A stretch of 60,000 nucleotides of DNA, taken from Camelus dromedarius. Taxonomy: Eukaryota. Below are positions 23,527 to 36,439 of the stretch, piece by piece. The notes under the pieces were generated by a model. The model searched no databases. It was not told the origin of the DNA and worked only from the letters and a program-made list of their open reading frames with translations. The DNA lies in assembly GCF_036321535.1 (NCBI RefSeq), contig NC_087437.1, positions 20,772,001 through 20,832,000 of the forward strand, given 5' to 3'. The position numbers and the translations under genes are program-made. Within the stretch, counting starts at the first letter, position 1; the number at the start of each line of letters is the position of its first letter.

Positions 23527-26212
23527 GTTGTGAGTAACAGAGAGTAACTCAAGCAATAAAAGGTCATTCATTATAAAAAGTTGGGGTGACTCACAGGCTC
23601 TAAGGGCAAGAATATGACCAGGCCTCCAGAGGCTGTAACCAGGAATAAAAAGGCTGTCTGTCCCTGCCTCTGTGGTTTTGCTGTGTGTCTGTCAACAGAG
23701 ACAGTCCTAGCCACACCTAGAGATGAACTTACAAGTTCAAATTCTTGAGAGAACCTGGTGCAGTCCTTGAGGGTCAGTGTCCACCAGCTGGCTAGGTGGT
23801 CGGGTAACTGCATCGAGCATTATTCATTCTGATCTTTCTTCTCAATTGATCTATTATCACCATTTTCTAAATTAATATTACTCTAGAAATCATTTTTGCA
23901 GTACTCCTTGCTCGTTTTTCCTTGTTCTCTTTTAATGGTCACTTTTATCTTCTATTTGAGTTTTTGCATCTCTGTTGGAATAATCATTTATAACTGGCAC
24001 ACTCTGGGCACCCCGCAGAACTCTGTAAGATGAGATTGATCATCCGTGCCTCCTCTGTCCCAGATGCTTTGGCAGCTGCTGCCTGAAGGGGAGGGGGTGG
24101 CTGAGGGCTAGGACGCTCCCCTGCCTGTCCTAACGGAGCCCGCAGCTGCCATGGGATAGTGCGTGGAGCCCACTGAGGGTACCGCTGACAGCTGCAGGCT
24201 CTTACAGAATAAACATGGGCCCTGGAGTAGACACACTATGAGATGGGGCTCATGACATCTTCCCGACAGAACTGGTGGCAAGTTGAATTAGATGATGTGC
24301 ATTAAGTGCCCAGCACAGTGCTAGCATAAACTAGACTCAATGAATAATGAATACAGCAATGCCTCAGAGGTCCAGCGGGCTGTGCCAGCAGGAGGGAAAA
24401 TGATGAATCCAAACTGGGAGAGAAGAAGGCAACAGAGTAGGTGGTACTGGAGCCAGGTGTTAGATGAGGATTTCACTGGGCAGAGAAAGGGAAGGGCATG
24501 AACAGAGTCATGAAGATGCAGGCTGTGTTTTGAGAGAAGGAGAAGCCCCTAGAAGGGTGGAACTCAGTGTTTCTGCGTGAACATGTTGGGAGACAGGGCT
24601 GTGAGCCGGGACTAAGAGCACAAGGTTGGGGCCAGATGGGGGCTGGAGTTCTGCCTCGACCACTTGTTAACTGTGAAAGGCTCAGGCCTCAGTGTTCTCC
24701 TCTGTAAAAGAAGGAAAAGGGGGACAATAATATGCCTTCTTTGCTGGTTTTTTGTGAGGATTAAAGGAGAAAGGTCCGGCACCTGGTAAACATGCCAACC
24801 TTAACATTTGTAGCCTCAGAGTACAGGTAGGCCCAGAGGGGAATGGGGGCCAGACAGATTCTTGATGTTTGTCACTTGCGGTTTGCCCCTTTTGCAGGCC
24901 ACTTGGAAATGCTAAGACCTGACCCAGCCCAGATCTCTGAGGGAATTCTGCTTCTCAGTACTCTTCATTCAGAGCAGGATGCAGACATCCTTCGTGGGTT
25001 TTCTCCTGAACTGTTCTCTTCCTGGGCCTACACCATTCCCTCTGTCTCATGCATTTCAGCCTGAAGTTGTCTCCTCAACATAGTGGGGCTTTTCAAACCA
25101 TTTGGGTAGCTGAATAAATGGCATTGCTGGTCATTGGGCCTGCCTCTGGTTTACACGCTCAGAATTCAGATTTCTCTCTGAAATTCCATCCTAACATCCT
25201 GTTGGCTGGAGTGTGAGCTTGCTTTTACCTTGGACTGCCTTCTGCTTGAAGATAAGGCATTTTCACTTTATCTTTCAAGATAATGTATTACTGTACTATG
25301 GCACAGTTCCTGCATGTAGTCCAAAACTACAACTAAAAGATAAACTTAAAATTCGTGCTCCTACCCACGTTCCATCTCCCTGCCCCCATTTCTGTGCCCC
25401 TGTCATCCCCAGGTAACCATTGTGCAGCCTTCCTAAGGTTCCTTATGCAAAACACAGGCAGCCGCCAATCCACGTTCTTATTTTTTCCCCCATTTTTATT
25501 TAAAAGGAGTGTAATAAACATACTGTTCTGCCTTTTTTTTTCCCCCAAATATTCTGTCTGGGTATCTGGGAGATCATTCCACATCCATACAGAGAGAGTA
25601 TTCTTGCAGGTGAGCAGGTGAAGCCCCAGCAGGACTGGGCAGGACGTACCTAGGTTAGCAGAGAGCCTTCAGCTGGGATAGTAGGGTGGTGGGGTGAAGG
25701 AGGGAATCCCCCACAGGGAGGGGACTAGGCAGTCAGCAAGTGATTTGTTCCCCTTGCCTGACTGATTTCCATGAGTCCCTGGGCACACTGGGGAATGCTG
25801 TGTCCCTGGCCAGGAGAGAGAAAGCTCTCCTTAGGCCCCTGCCGACTACCACCTAGATGTCCACCAGCGGGGTGATTCCTGCCCTCTGAGCCTCACCAGT
25901 CATGCCCCTCTCCTGAGGAGGGGCCGGTCAACAGGGAGGGATGGAGGCAGATAGATGGTCCTTGATCTCCATGAAAAGTCCGCAGGTCCAGAGGACAGGG
26001 CTCTGCTCATTCCTTTGTGGATAAGCCCACAGGGCTCCCTATGCACCCTGATGTGAGCCCATTCTTGTGGCTTCCATGCAGCAGCGGCTGGGCTCGGTCA
26101 TATAATCATATGCTGCCTAAAGCACTCCAGAGTTGGACGTGCCTTGGCCCCCCCAGCTGTTCCCCCTGCTAAGCGGGTAGTCATGCAGGCATGTGGCACT
26201 CTTGTGTTTCAG

Positions 26213-27150
26213 GGGTTGTGCAGCACCTGCAGAACGGCCAGCTGCTGAGGGACATCTATCTAAAGAAACACAAGCTCCTGCCGAGTGACTGGTCCATGGA
26301 CCAGCTTTACTTAGAGACCACTGGCAAAAGCCGGACGCTGCAGAGTGGGCTGGCCTTGCTTTATGGCTTTCTCCCCGATTTTGACTGGAAGAAGATTTAT
26401 TTCAGGCACCAGCCCAGTGCTCTGTTCTGCTCTGGAAACTGCTATTGCCCGGTGAGGAACCATTATCTGGAAAAGGAGCAGCGTCGGCAGTACCTGTTAC
26501 GTTTGAAAAACAACCAGCTGGAGAGGACCTACGGGGACATGGCCAGGATCGTGGACGTCCCCACCAAGCAGCTCCGGGCTGCCAACCCCATAGACTCCAT
26601 GCTCTGCCACTTCTGCCACAACGTCAGCTTCCCTTGCACCCGCAACGGCTGCATTGGCATGGAGCACTTCAAGGTGATCAAGACGCATCAGATAGAGGAT
26701 GAGAGAGAGAGGCAGGAGAAGAAACTGTATCTGGGGTACGCGCTCCTGGGCGCACACCCCATCCTGAATCAGACCATCGGCCGCATGCAGCGCGCCGCAG
26801 AGGGCAGGCGGGGAGAGCTCTTTGCTCTCTACTCGGCTCATGACGTCACCCTGTCGCCAGTTCTTAGTGCCTTGGGCCTTACGGAAGCCAGATTCCCGAG
26901 GTTTGCAGCCAGGCTGATCTTTGAGCTGTGGCAAGACAGGGAGAAACCCAGCGAGCACTCCGTCCGGATTCTCTACAACGGTGTGGATGTCACGTTCCAC
27001 ACCTCCTTCTGCCGGGACCACCACAAGCGTTCTCTCAAGCCCATGTGCCCCCTCGAAAACTTAGTCCGCTTTGTCAAAAAGGACATGTTTGTGGCCCTGG
27101 GTGGTGGTGGTACTAATTATCATGATGCATGTCACAGGGCAGGACTCTGA
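26213..27150 (+). CDS. PXYLP1: PXYLP1 terminal coding exon (938 bp to TGA)
   Basis: cttgtgtttcag acceptor; ORF VVQHLQNGQLLRDIYLKKHKLL...SAHDVTL...DACHRAGL* contains the HD proton-donor motif; matches recalled PXYLP1/ACPL2. Confidence 0.98.
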
Positions 27151-27579
27151 AAGGTAGGCAGTGCGGCGCTAACAGAATCTGTGTCAATACGAAGAGGTGG
27201 GAAAGGTTCGCTTCTATTTCTATCCGTTGCTAAGGGTACAAAACGATAGACTTTTGAAGGCTGGAGATCGTGCTTGGGGGCCACGTAGATGGTTTGGGTT
27301 GAACAGTGAGTATATTGCTGTAACTGGGTACATGAGTGACTTGGTCCACGACGGCGAGTTCACAGAGAAAGGAAGGTACTTAATCATAGCCAGGTTCTCC
27401 TTATGATGCCAGAATAATACTTTAGTACCCAAAGTTGCCAATCTAAATGTGTATTCTTTTGATCTGCCTTGGTACTGTATGATGGAACCAGCAAACCTCA
27501 GCCAAAATTTTCATAATCTGGGGCAATATGACCTTGTCCCTGTTCAGTGAAAAATGGCCTGAAGTAATTTCTCTAAAAT

Positions 27580-27802
27580 CAGGGTGGGCAAACTTTTCCT
27601 GTAAAGAGCCAGATAGTAAATATTATACGATTTGTGGACCAAAAGGCCACATAGAGCGTCTGTCACAGCTACGCAGCTCTGCTCTTGTAAGATGAGAGCA
27701 ACCACAGACAACGTGAGTAAGTAAGTGTGGCTGCGTTCACTGGCCACACAAAACATGTACTGGGCCAGGTGTGGCCCGTGGGCTGTAGTTTGCTGACCCC
27801 TG
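27580..27802. mobile_element. MER58A-like hAT-Charlie MITE within the 3' UTR
   Basis: TIRs cagggtgggcaaact...tagtttgctgacccctg; internal gtaaagagccagatagtaaata. Confidence 0.85.
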
Positions 27803-28571
27803 AGCTAAAAACCAGGCTATGCTACAACTGCACCTTCAGCACTTTGAGAGAGCACCAGCTGAATACCGAGACTCATTCAGCGGTGCCTCCACTAACTTCT
27901 GTGAGAAACACGGAATCTGGTCTGTATCTGATATTATAACACAACCTGAGGGGAGGTAAACAAGGACTTACAATGAATCAGAGAAAAGTCATTAGAATAA
28001 TACTTGATGTTCATGACGATTGTGGTATAAGATAGTTTCGAGTAGGTTTGAAATATTTGTCTGCTGTAGTCTACTTGCTGTATATGCTGAAATTTTTGTA
28101 TTCCATTTAGTATTTTTACAGTCTAGGAGAATATTTTCTAAGACCAGTTTTAGATGTGCTCTTATTCTATGTACTATTCAGTTTCCTCTATCTGCTTGGT
28201 GGTTTAGAAGGGAGCCGGAAGCTTGAGATCAGGTACTTTCTTCCAATAAAACTGATGGCTCGTTCCCTCTGACAAGCTGTAGAGTCGGATCGATTTTTAA
28301 ACCATTTTCGTCAGTTTCAAATGGTAAATTTCGAATTTGGTTTTTAAATAAGTTTTTGGAAGAACTTTGTTACTAGATAGTTAAATAATCTTTGTAAGGT
28401 ATTTTATATATTAGAAGCAATTATAATTAAATCTGTGATTTCTGACTAAAATGGTGCTAGTTCTGTGCGAAGAAATGTCAAGTACAAGTGAGATTCCCCA
28501 GTGCCGTTGGCATTGCATCCTTTCCTCTTTGTTTTTGTCCAATGTTGCATTTGAATATGTCTGTTTCTATT

Positions 28572-28577
28572 AATAAA
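28572..28577 (+). terminator. Probable main PXYLP1 polyadenylation signal
   Basis: AATAAA followed by a U/GU-rich downstream tract (~28630-28680). Confidence 0.6.
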
Positions 28578-29942
28578 TTTTTGAAGAAAACTCATACGTA
28601 CAACTCATGGCTTGTACCTATAAGTCCTTCTGTTTCTTTTGAGGTGAGTTCCAGTGTTTTTTTAATTTATCTTTTTTATATATAGATAAATAAAAATGTT
28701 TTAAATTAGAAAACTCTGCAGGACACGTGGGGAAGGGAGGGCCCGGCCCCCTGGCCCAGGTGGCCAGCCCCGGGCCCAGTTGGGCCCAGCAGGGGTGACG
28801 GGAAGGGACAGGGTCCTGCACTGGGCCACAGAGGGGCTGCGGCTTCCTTCTCCAACAGCAGTATCAGGGCTGAGAGGATGTGTCACAGCTGGTGGCCTTG
28901 GACTGGGTGAAAATTTATCTTAAGTGCTTTTTTTTATTGCTGGAAAATTGTGTGTTGTCTCTCGAGGATTTAAAGCCTAAGCAGATTTTTTTTTTTTTTG
29001 CTCCCACTAACGATCTATTGGAATCAGAACAGCTAAACACAACTTGAAGAATTAAAATAAAGGTGAATCAGAAGATGTTTTAAAAATCAATTCCCGACAT
29101 CTGTTGGTAAGAGTAAATATTTTGGATAAGAGCCAACATTAAAAGTGTAGATAGAGGCTTTGCCTCCCAAGACATCAGGCATTAAAGCATCTCCTCAGTA
29201 TTGAGTTCTGAGACATTTCATTTCCATAAACAAACCCAGAGCACCCAGCTGAGGCTGATGGATTTCGTCCTCGGTTTCAGGGCAGTGGTCTCGATGGCTT
29301 AGTTTATGGAAGATGTGTGGGTACACACTGCATGGTCAGCATTCTTGTTTTCATGATTAAAATTACTACGTGCACACTGGGAGATGATCAAACAATACTG
29401 AAAACAACTTCAGAGATTAAGTTCTCTAATCCCACCTCTAGAGAGAATACTGTGAGCTGCTGGACAGACATTCTTCCAGAAATTTAACACACAGATACAG
29501 AAATACAGGTAATGTTTAATAGGAACAAGATCATTTAACATATATTGTTCTGTGGCTAGCTTCCCTTAAAATATATTTTTATTCATTTGTTTCCTTTAGC
29601 AATATGTCTGAGGCATATTTCTCATTAACTTGCTTCCCTTAATAGCATGTCTTGGAGATTTCCACACTGAGAGAGGGGGATGGCATGGGGGAGCAGTAGA
29701 AAGAAAAAAAGCTCTTTTTACAGTCATAGCATAATATGTCATAATTTCATGACATAGATGAGATATTTTTTAATTGTCATTAAAAGTGAACAAAATTAAA
29801 ACTTAACACCAAGGTAATGAAACAGGACTACAAGGCATCTGAGGCACACAGAACAGAGCAGAGAAGCCACCAATTGTATGTGTTGATTAATATGAGTGGA
29901 GTACATATTCTTTCTCTAATTTCACTTAGAAATAGAATTGAA

Positions 29943-30168
29943 TATATAAAATAGATAATATAAAATAAACAACAAGGTCCTACTGTATAGCACAGGGAAC
30001 TATATCCAATACCTTGTAACGGTCAATAATGAAAAAGAATATGAAAAGGAATACATATATATATATATATATGTATTGTACCTGAATATATATATAACTG
30101 AATGATTATGCTATACACCAGAAATTAATACAACATTGTAAATCAACTTTACTTCAATAAAAAAAGAA
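29943..30168 (+). mobile_element. 5'-truncated L1 3' end
   Basis: Perfect 15-bp TSD agaaatagaattgaa (29928-29942, 30169-30183); AATAAA plus A-tail; internal (AT)n. Confidence 0.9.
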
Positions 30169-31241
30169 AGAAATAGAATTGAAGAACTTAATCCAATATT
30201 GCTATTAAGCTTACTTGAGGGTCTTTGTAGTGACAGCAGAATTAGATGTTTGGAAGATTTGAGTAATCCCTTGTTTTAGAACTGATAAAGACTACGGCAG
30301 GAGAGGCAGGGACGCTTGTGTTTCTCTGACTCTTTAGGAAGCCTTCTGAACAGATGGAGCGGTCCAGACGAGTGTGGGCGCACCCTGGTGTGTTTAAACA
30401 CAACATAAGTAGAAAGCAGAACACAGCTGGGGTTTACACTGCAGTTCTGGCTTTGATTGGGGCTAGCTCAGAGTTCTGGCCCAGGCACTGGTTAGCTCCC
30501 GTTGTTCAAGGCCACTGAACTGAATGTTGGGTTGTGCCTTGATGATGCCTGCCTGGTGACCAGCTCAGAGGAGTAATCATCGTTCCAGCTTAAGAGGAGC
30601 CAGCTGACTTCATCAGAGTGTCTGAGCAGGACTTCCTGGCGTCTGAAGTCCTACTGCCCGCTTAGACTGGCCTTGATGGGGAGAAGGCATCCCTGAGGGG
30701 CCGGGACAGCTCCTCCCAGAGCTGCAGAGCCCCTCACGGAGGGATAGCCTGAGGCCTGGCTTCTGGATAACTCTGTCAGTAGTAAAGCCACCATTTTTGG
30801 GGTCCTGCTTCCCAAGAGGGGCCCCACAAGTATCTCTATCAATCTAAACAACCCTCTGAGGAAGGTCCTATTACCCCTAACACAAATGAGGAAACAAACT
30901 GATGAGAGTGAAGTCACCTTTCAAAGGAAGAGTCAAAGTGCAGAGTCTAACCCAAGTTTCCACGAGACCAGTGAACATTATACCGCACAGATTGTGACAA
31001 ACCATGGAAAAGGCTTTCCTGCACTCATTTAATCCTGCCAATAGCCCCAAAAGATACCATATTTGCTGGTGATTATCACTGAGTATTAAAATACAGTGGG
31101 ATTACAACAGTTATAAATTTGAATCTAAATGGTTAGGAGAATATTCCAACTCTGCTTCTGACCTTCTGTGGTTACTGTTTTGGTTAAGGAAAAACTACAT
31201 AATGGAAACTTCATCTCTGCAGTTGTGTTATATTATACTCA

Positions 31242-31257
31242 GCCACTAGAGGGCAGC
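31242..31257 (+). promoter_or_regulatory. CTCF binding motif
   Basis: gCCACTAGAGGGCAGc fits the core consensus CCASYAGRKGGCRS. Confidence 0.75.
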
Positions 31258-31331
31258 ATCAACTATAATTGTTAGCCTTTAGGGCCCAGTCTTTCATTTG
31301 TAAAGGAGGTAGCTATTTTGGGGAGATTTAA

Positions 31332-31445
31332 TAGGGTGACCAGCTGTCCCGGTTTGCCTGGGCCTGAGAAGTTTCCCAGGATGTGGGACTTTCAGTGCTA
31401 AAACTTGTCAGGTTCCAGGCAAACTGGGACAAGCTGGTTACCCTA
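31332..31445. mobile_element. MER81-like hAT-Blackjack MITE (114 bp)
   Basis: Long TIRs tagggtgaccagctgtcccggtttgcctgg / ccaggcaaactgggacaagctggttacccta. Confidence 0.85.
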
Positions 31446-31904
31446 GTGTAATGTGAGACAGGCACTAGGTAGTACTGTCATTCCCGCTTCATAGAAACAG
31501 GAATGCATGATGGAGTGACTCAGGTTTCCATAGCTAGCTGGGATGCAGCAGAGCTGGGACTCAGAGCTGTCATCCATGAACTCTAAGGCCCATGTTCTTA
31601 GGCAGGATGTAATAACGTGTCTCTGAACCATTCCGGACTGTTAGGTTACATGCAGCAGAAACCTGACTACAGTGATTAAGCAAATAAAGCGTTCCATTTC
31701 CTCCAGTGGCTCCACCACGTCATCAGGAATCCAGGCTGCTATTTATATCTTTCTGGCCGGCATGGGGTTCCTCAGCCTACCTCTACGACAGAGGAGTCTA
31801 GGAAAGTGAGTATTTTTATTGGGCATGTTGCTGTCTCAAACAAATCAGGCCCTCTTCATGAGGAAGAAGGGGCCAGTGGGTACTGCTTAGAGAACTGGCA
31901 GTGA

Positions 31905-32257
31905 CTGTCACATTCTCCAAAGCCACCCCTGAGAACTGCACCACCCACATCCCCCACTTCGGGGCTTCTTCCCGCAGTGGCTGGGAGCGCGCAGGCTGGC
32001 AGTGCCTCCTTTCTAGGCAGCCACACCCAGTGACCGGGCAGGGCAGGGGTTTAAAGTCCCGAGGGCAAGCCCGAAGGGCCCCCCAGCTGCAGTGCCCCCC
32101 AGGGGGTCCGCCGAGGCCTTGTGACTGCAGCACAGCCCACTTCTGCCCTACCTTGCCTCCCTCCCTTCCTTCATGGTGATGACCCCAGAACACTCCTCGG
32201 TAAATTTCCTGCATCCACATTTGTCTCAGAGTCTGCTTCTTGGGAACCAACCTGCCA
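31905..32257 (+). mobile_element. ERVL LTR (LTR16-like)
   Basis: 3' end gtaaatttcctgcatccacatttgtctcagagtctgcttcttgggaaccaacctg, typical of LTR16; an opposite-strand relative lies at ~32875-33345. Confidence 0.6.
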
Positions 32258-34882
32258 TGGAAGAGAAGCAAATCCTAGGACTAAGGCCTCTGCTAATTTG
32301 GGCAGTAAAGCTGGAGTCATTTATTTGGAAGAGATTATGTATCTATTGATCACAGATTTCTTCTATCACCGCCTGTGAAAGGCTTCCCATTTCACTGTGG
32401 AAGCTAAGGAAGCACATGTGAAGCCACAGGAGAAACTTGACCTAGGACAGTCCAACACTGATTACAGAGGGCCGTTATACCAAGACTCACCATTTACTCA
32501 TCACATGCCAGGGGCTGGACACTGGGCCACACACTCAAATGAGAGTCTCCGTGACTCAGCGTATGAGCAGGCATTTACTATCTCTGTTTTATAGCTCAGG
32601 AAATGGAGGCTCAGAGGCAGACGTCCACCTAGGATGGCATCAGTTGTGAGTAGCAGACTGCGGCCTGGGTGTGGACTACGTGTCCCTAGGTCCCAGTGTT
32701 CTTCAGCTCCCTCAGCACACCACTTCCTCTGCCCTCCGACAAGTGAACAAAACCGCAAAAATGGGCTTTAGACAAGAGTCTGCCCAACCCCAGGGGATGA
32801 TCTTTGTTAGGGATGCTCATGTTTCTAGCATCTTCTCATGCAGCATTTCCAAGAAAGTAGGATCATCTTATAATGGGTTGCTTTAGCCTGGGTTCCTCTG
32901 AAAGCAGAGTCTGAAGAAAATCCTTAAGTCTAGGTGTTCAGTAGGAAATGTGGCCCCAAGTTGCAGAGGTGAAGGACAGGGAAGGGAGAAGGGGAGGGGA
33001 ATGCCAGAGCGAGATGCAGGTGAGCTGACCATGGTAACCAGCCCCTCCAGCCATGGGACCTCCCAGAAGCCCTATAAAGCGCACCTCCTCACTGGTCACC
33101 TGGGGGAAAGGGGGCACGGGGACGTTTATCCCTTGGCTCTGTCCACAGCTGTCTCCCCCATACTTCTGGGTGGAACATGCCTGAGCGTGTCCACCTGGGC
33201 ACCTGGCATCTGAGAAGCTCTCGGGCAGGAAGTGAGAGGAGATGCTGTCAGATCACAGCCTGCGTGGGCCTGGCCGTCTCACAATGGCTGAGAAAAGGCA
33301 GGAGGCCGAAAGGATGGGAAGCGGAGCAGGCGATGTGTGGGGTGTGAAGACCAGCCAGCATTCACTGAGTGCTTTAATGTGCCCAGCGCTGTGCTGTGTT
33401 TTAAAAGCCTAACCTTGTTTCATCCTCACAGCAACTCTGTGGCTTAGAAATCATCATCATCTCTCATTTGTGAGAGGGGGAAAGAAACGGACAGAACAGG
33501 TCATTTGCCATATATGGAAAGTCCCTTTGCATCCATGCCAAGCGAATCATGCCACTCCTTATTAAAAATAAAAACCCTTGCCCTCCACCACCTTCTAGAG
33601 AAATCCAAGCTCCCTAAGGTGACTCAACAGGTTGTTAATGGTCTGGCCCCCACTTACCTCTCTTGCAATAGTACAAGTCTGAAGGGGCTGTAAGCAGATG
33701 GTAGTTGTTGATGCATTTTTTGTACGCCTGGGAGAGAGAGAAAGGGTCTTCATGCCACCATGTGGGGTGTCAGGTTTGCAGAGTCTCTGAAGGGACAGTT
33801 CTGTCCAGAGCCCTGTCCCCAGATAATCGTCCTCATGACAGAGCAACCTGCCAGTCCTTCACCCTCCTCCCCCTCCCCATCTGTGTCCTCTTCCCCATCT
33901 CCCAGGGGGGGGAAAAGTGCTTTGGAGCCACACAGACCAAGTTCAAACTCAGTTCTGTATCACTTCCCAGCTATGAGTCCTTAGGCAAGACAACTAGTCT
34001 CTCTAGGCCCCAGAGTCCTCCTGAATCATCTAGGATGACCCCTCCCCGGAGAGAGTGTACAGAAAGCCCTCGGCACGTGGAGGGGGGCACCTCTTAAATG
34101 GGAGCCTTCATCACTGCCCCCACTTACTCTTAACTGCACTGAATCACCAAAACGAGCTAGAAGCAGAAAACATCCCTGCCCATTTTTTAAAGCCAGGAAA
34201 CCCACATGGAGGCACAGCATCCTCCTCTAGGTATAACTGGGAGATACAACTCCCCCCTTTGTGGGAGAAAAGAACTCTAATCTTCCTCCTCCCTTTGTGC
34301 CCATGCTGTATGTGACACCTTGCATAAACATCTCATCGCTTGTCCTTTCCTCCTGTTTCCTTTATTATCTATGTCTGACCTCCATCTTCCTGCTTTAGAG
34401 TTGCTGCCCGTTGCAGAAGCAGCAGCTGACCACAGAGTTCAGTAAAGGAGTGGGAGTCTGGAGGCTTTAGGCCATTGGTCTGGTCCTTCTTTGGCCCCTA
34501 GAGGCACTGAAGGAGAAGCAGGCTGGGAAGTGACATGCACCTCGACAGGAGACAGATCCTGCCCTCGGTGCCTACGATATAGGCAGCTGCCGCCCTCCAT
34601 GCTCCTGAGGCCAACCAGTGAGGTGCTCTTCCTCCTCCACTCACCCTCCTCCCCAGTGCCCCGTACAGGCGTGCCCCAGCAGCAGTGCCCAGGAAAGACA
34701 TGTCCTTCTCCTGGGGGGCAGCTGGCTGCCTTCCTCCCAGCTTGGAGCCAAGCGCATCTTGGTTAGGTCCTCCCCAAATGAGAAGTCCTTTCAGGAGCCT
34801 TCCTTCAGAAGCTGGCCAGAGACCAGAGACAGGGGCTCCCACTAGCCTGAAGCTGCACCCTGTGCCTGTGAAGGGACGCCAC

Positions 34883-34898
34883 ACTGCCCTCTAGTGGC
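34883..34898 (-). promoter_or_regulatory. CTCF binding motif
   Basis: Plus strand actgccctctagtggc = minus strand gCCACTAGAGGGCAGt. Confidence 0.75.
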
Positions 34899-36439
34899 AA
34901 CTTCCCTGGCTCTGGTTCTGCAGTTTTTCCTTTTCCTGTTCCCCACACCAGACAAGGCCTCTTTCCCCGCAAACGGAAGCTCCCTCTGTCAGCCTAGGAG
35001 CCAACTCTTCCCACTGCCAACGCTGTCTTCAAGATGTAACAAGTAGAGACACACTGTATCCAGATGGTCTTACCGTAACTGCCCTTTTGTCCCACTGATC
35101 AAGGAACTGTTTAGCATTCTCATAACTGGCTCCCTAATGGACAGACCATTAAATTGACCTTCTGATTGATGGATGCTGAGATCCTACTGCCCATCTGAAA
35201 AATTAATCCTGAGTAACTGACTGGCTGAATGGTTAAGTTTCTAAATTACAAATCATTTGATTAATTTATTGTCTTTCTAATGGACCTACTGTGTTTCTAA
35301 CTGACCTACTAAGCCTAAACAACTAAACATCTGATAAGCTTGAACCACCTACCCGGCTGACTCTCCCACTAACCATTTAGTGGTTATGACTGACTGCCCA
35401 GCAGAGAACTGGCAAGACTGGCAGCCTGGCTCCATGACAAGGGATAACGGATGGGAGGAGAGACTGCCCCTTCCTCATGCCCTGATTCCTCTTTGGGCTT
35501 GGGACCTACTCTTCTCCTCTCTGGAGCCATCTGAAGGTGCCAACCAGGAGGAGGCAACCAGGAAACTGACCTTCTGATCTACCTCTAGTAAGGTTCTTAA
35601 TCAGGGCTCCACAGATAGGTTTCAATTTTGTTCTCCAAATAGTGTGGATATAAAGATATGTTATCTGGGAAGAGGGTTCACAGCTTTCATTAGATTCTCA
35701 AAAGAATTCAACACCCACAAATATCTTCAGAACTACTACTCTGTGAAGACCCTCAACAAACACATTCTGATAAGCAAAGCCCTTACCTAAATTCAAGCCC
35801 CATTTCTCTCTCATATTGGGCCAGAGTGGCAGAAAGTTTAACTAAAAAGAGTTAGAGTCACAGTGGATTTGGATGTAGTAAGGTGGAAGGATAAAAGCTG
35901 AGCTGTGTGTGAAGTTTCCAGAGAGAGGCTCAAGGAAATCACCCTGTGTCCTTTTGGCTTGTAGGCTAAACTTTGACCAAGATGGTGGCATCCTCAGCTC
36001 TGGACAGAGACCCTTCGAGCTAGGATGAAAGATACATTTACTAGAGCCTTTGTCTGGGATAGGGGGTATGTATGAGTATGTGATTTTGAGTACCTATGTG
36101 GCTGTGTGTATTTATAGACACCAGTGTGCTCACAAAGGTGGGTGTTAACAGGCTACGTACGTGAATGTCCTTTGGGTCAGTGTGCATCTGAATAGTTTTG
36201 TGAATGTATTTGCACATATATGCTCACTGATGGACCCCTCAAGTCTTTTGGGGGGAGGAGGGCGGGAGGGTTGAGGCAGACTGATTAAGAATGTCTCTGA
36301 GAATATCTACATACACGCCAGCAGCCCACACCACTAATATGGGGATCCTCAACTCTTCCCTTTCCTTGAGCTCCCATTATCTACTCAGTCCACAGCCACC
36401 ATCGGCTCTCATCATCTCTCCCTGAACTACTATTCGGTC

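Larger units (their letters stand above)
27151..28600 (+). other. PXYLP1: PXYLP1 3' UTR (end approximate)
   Basis: Follows the stop codon; AT-rich; AATAAA at 28245, 28572 and 28689. Confidence 0.7.

Noticed and set aside
26191..26212. ATG start of the 319-aa ORF
   Set aside because: Lies upstream of the splice acceptor at 26211-26212, so it is intronic; the ORF is the terminal exon, not a separate gene.
26497..27024. 175-aa antisense ORF over the PXYLP1 last exon
   Set aside because: Expected shadow ORF of a GC3-rich coding exon; no independent support.
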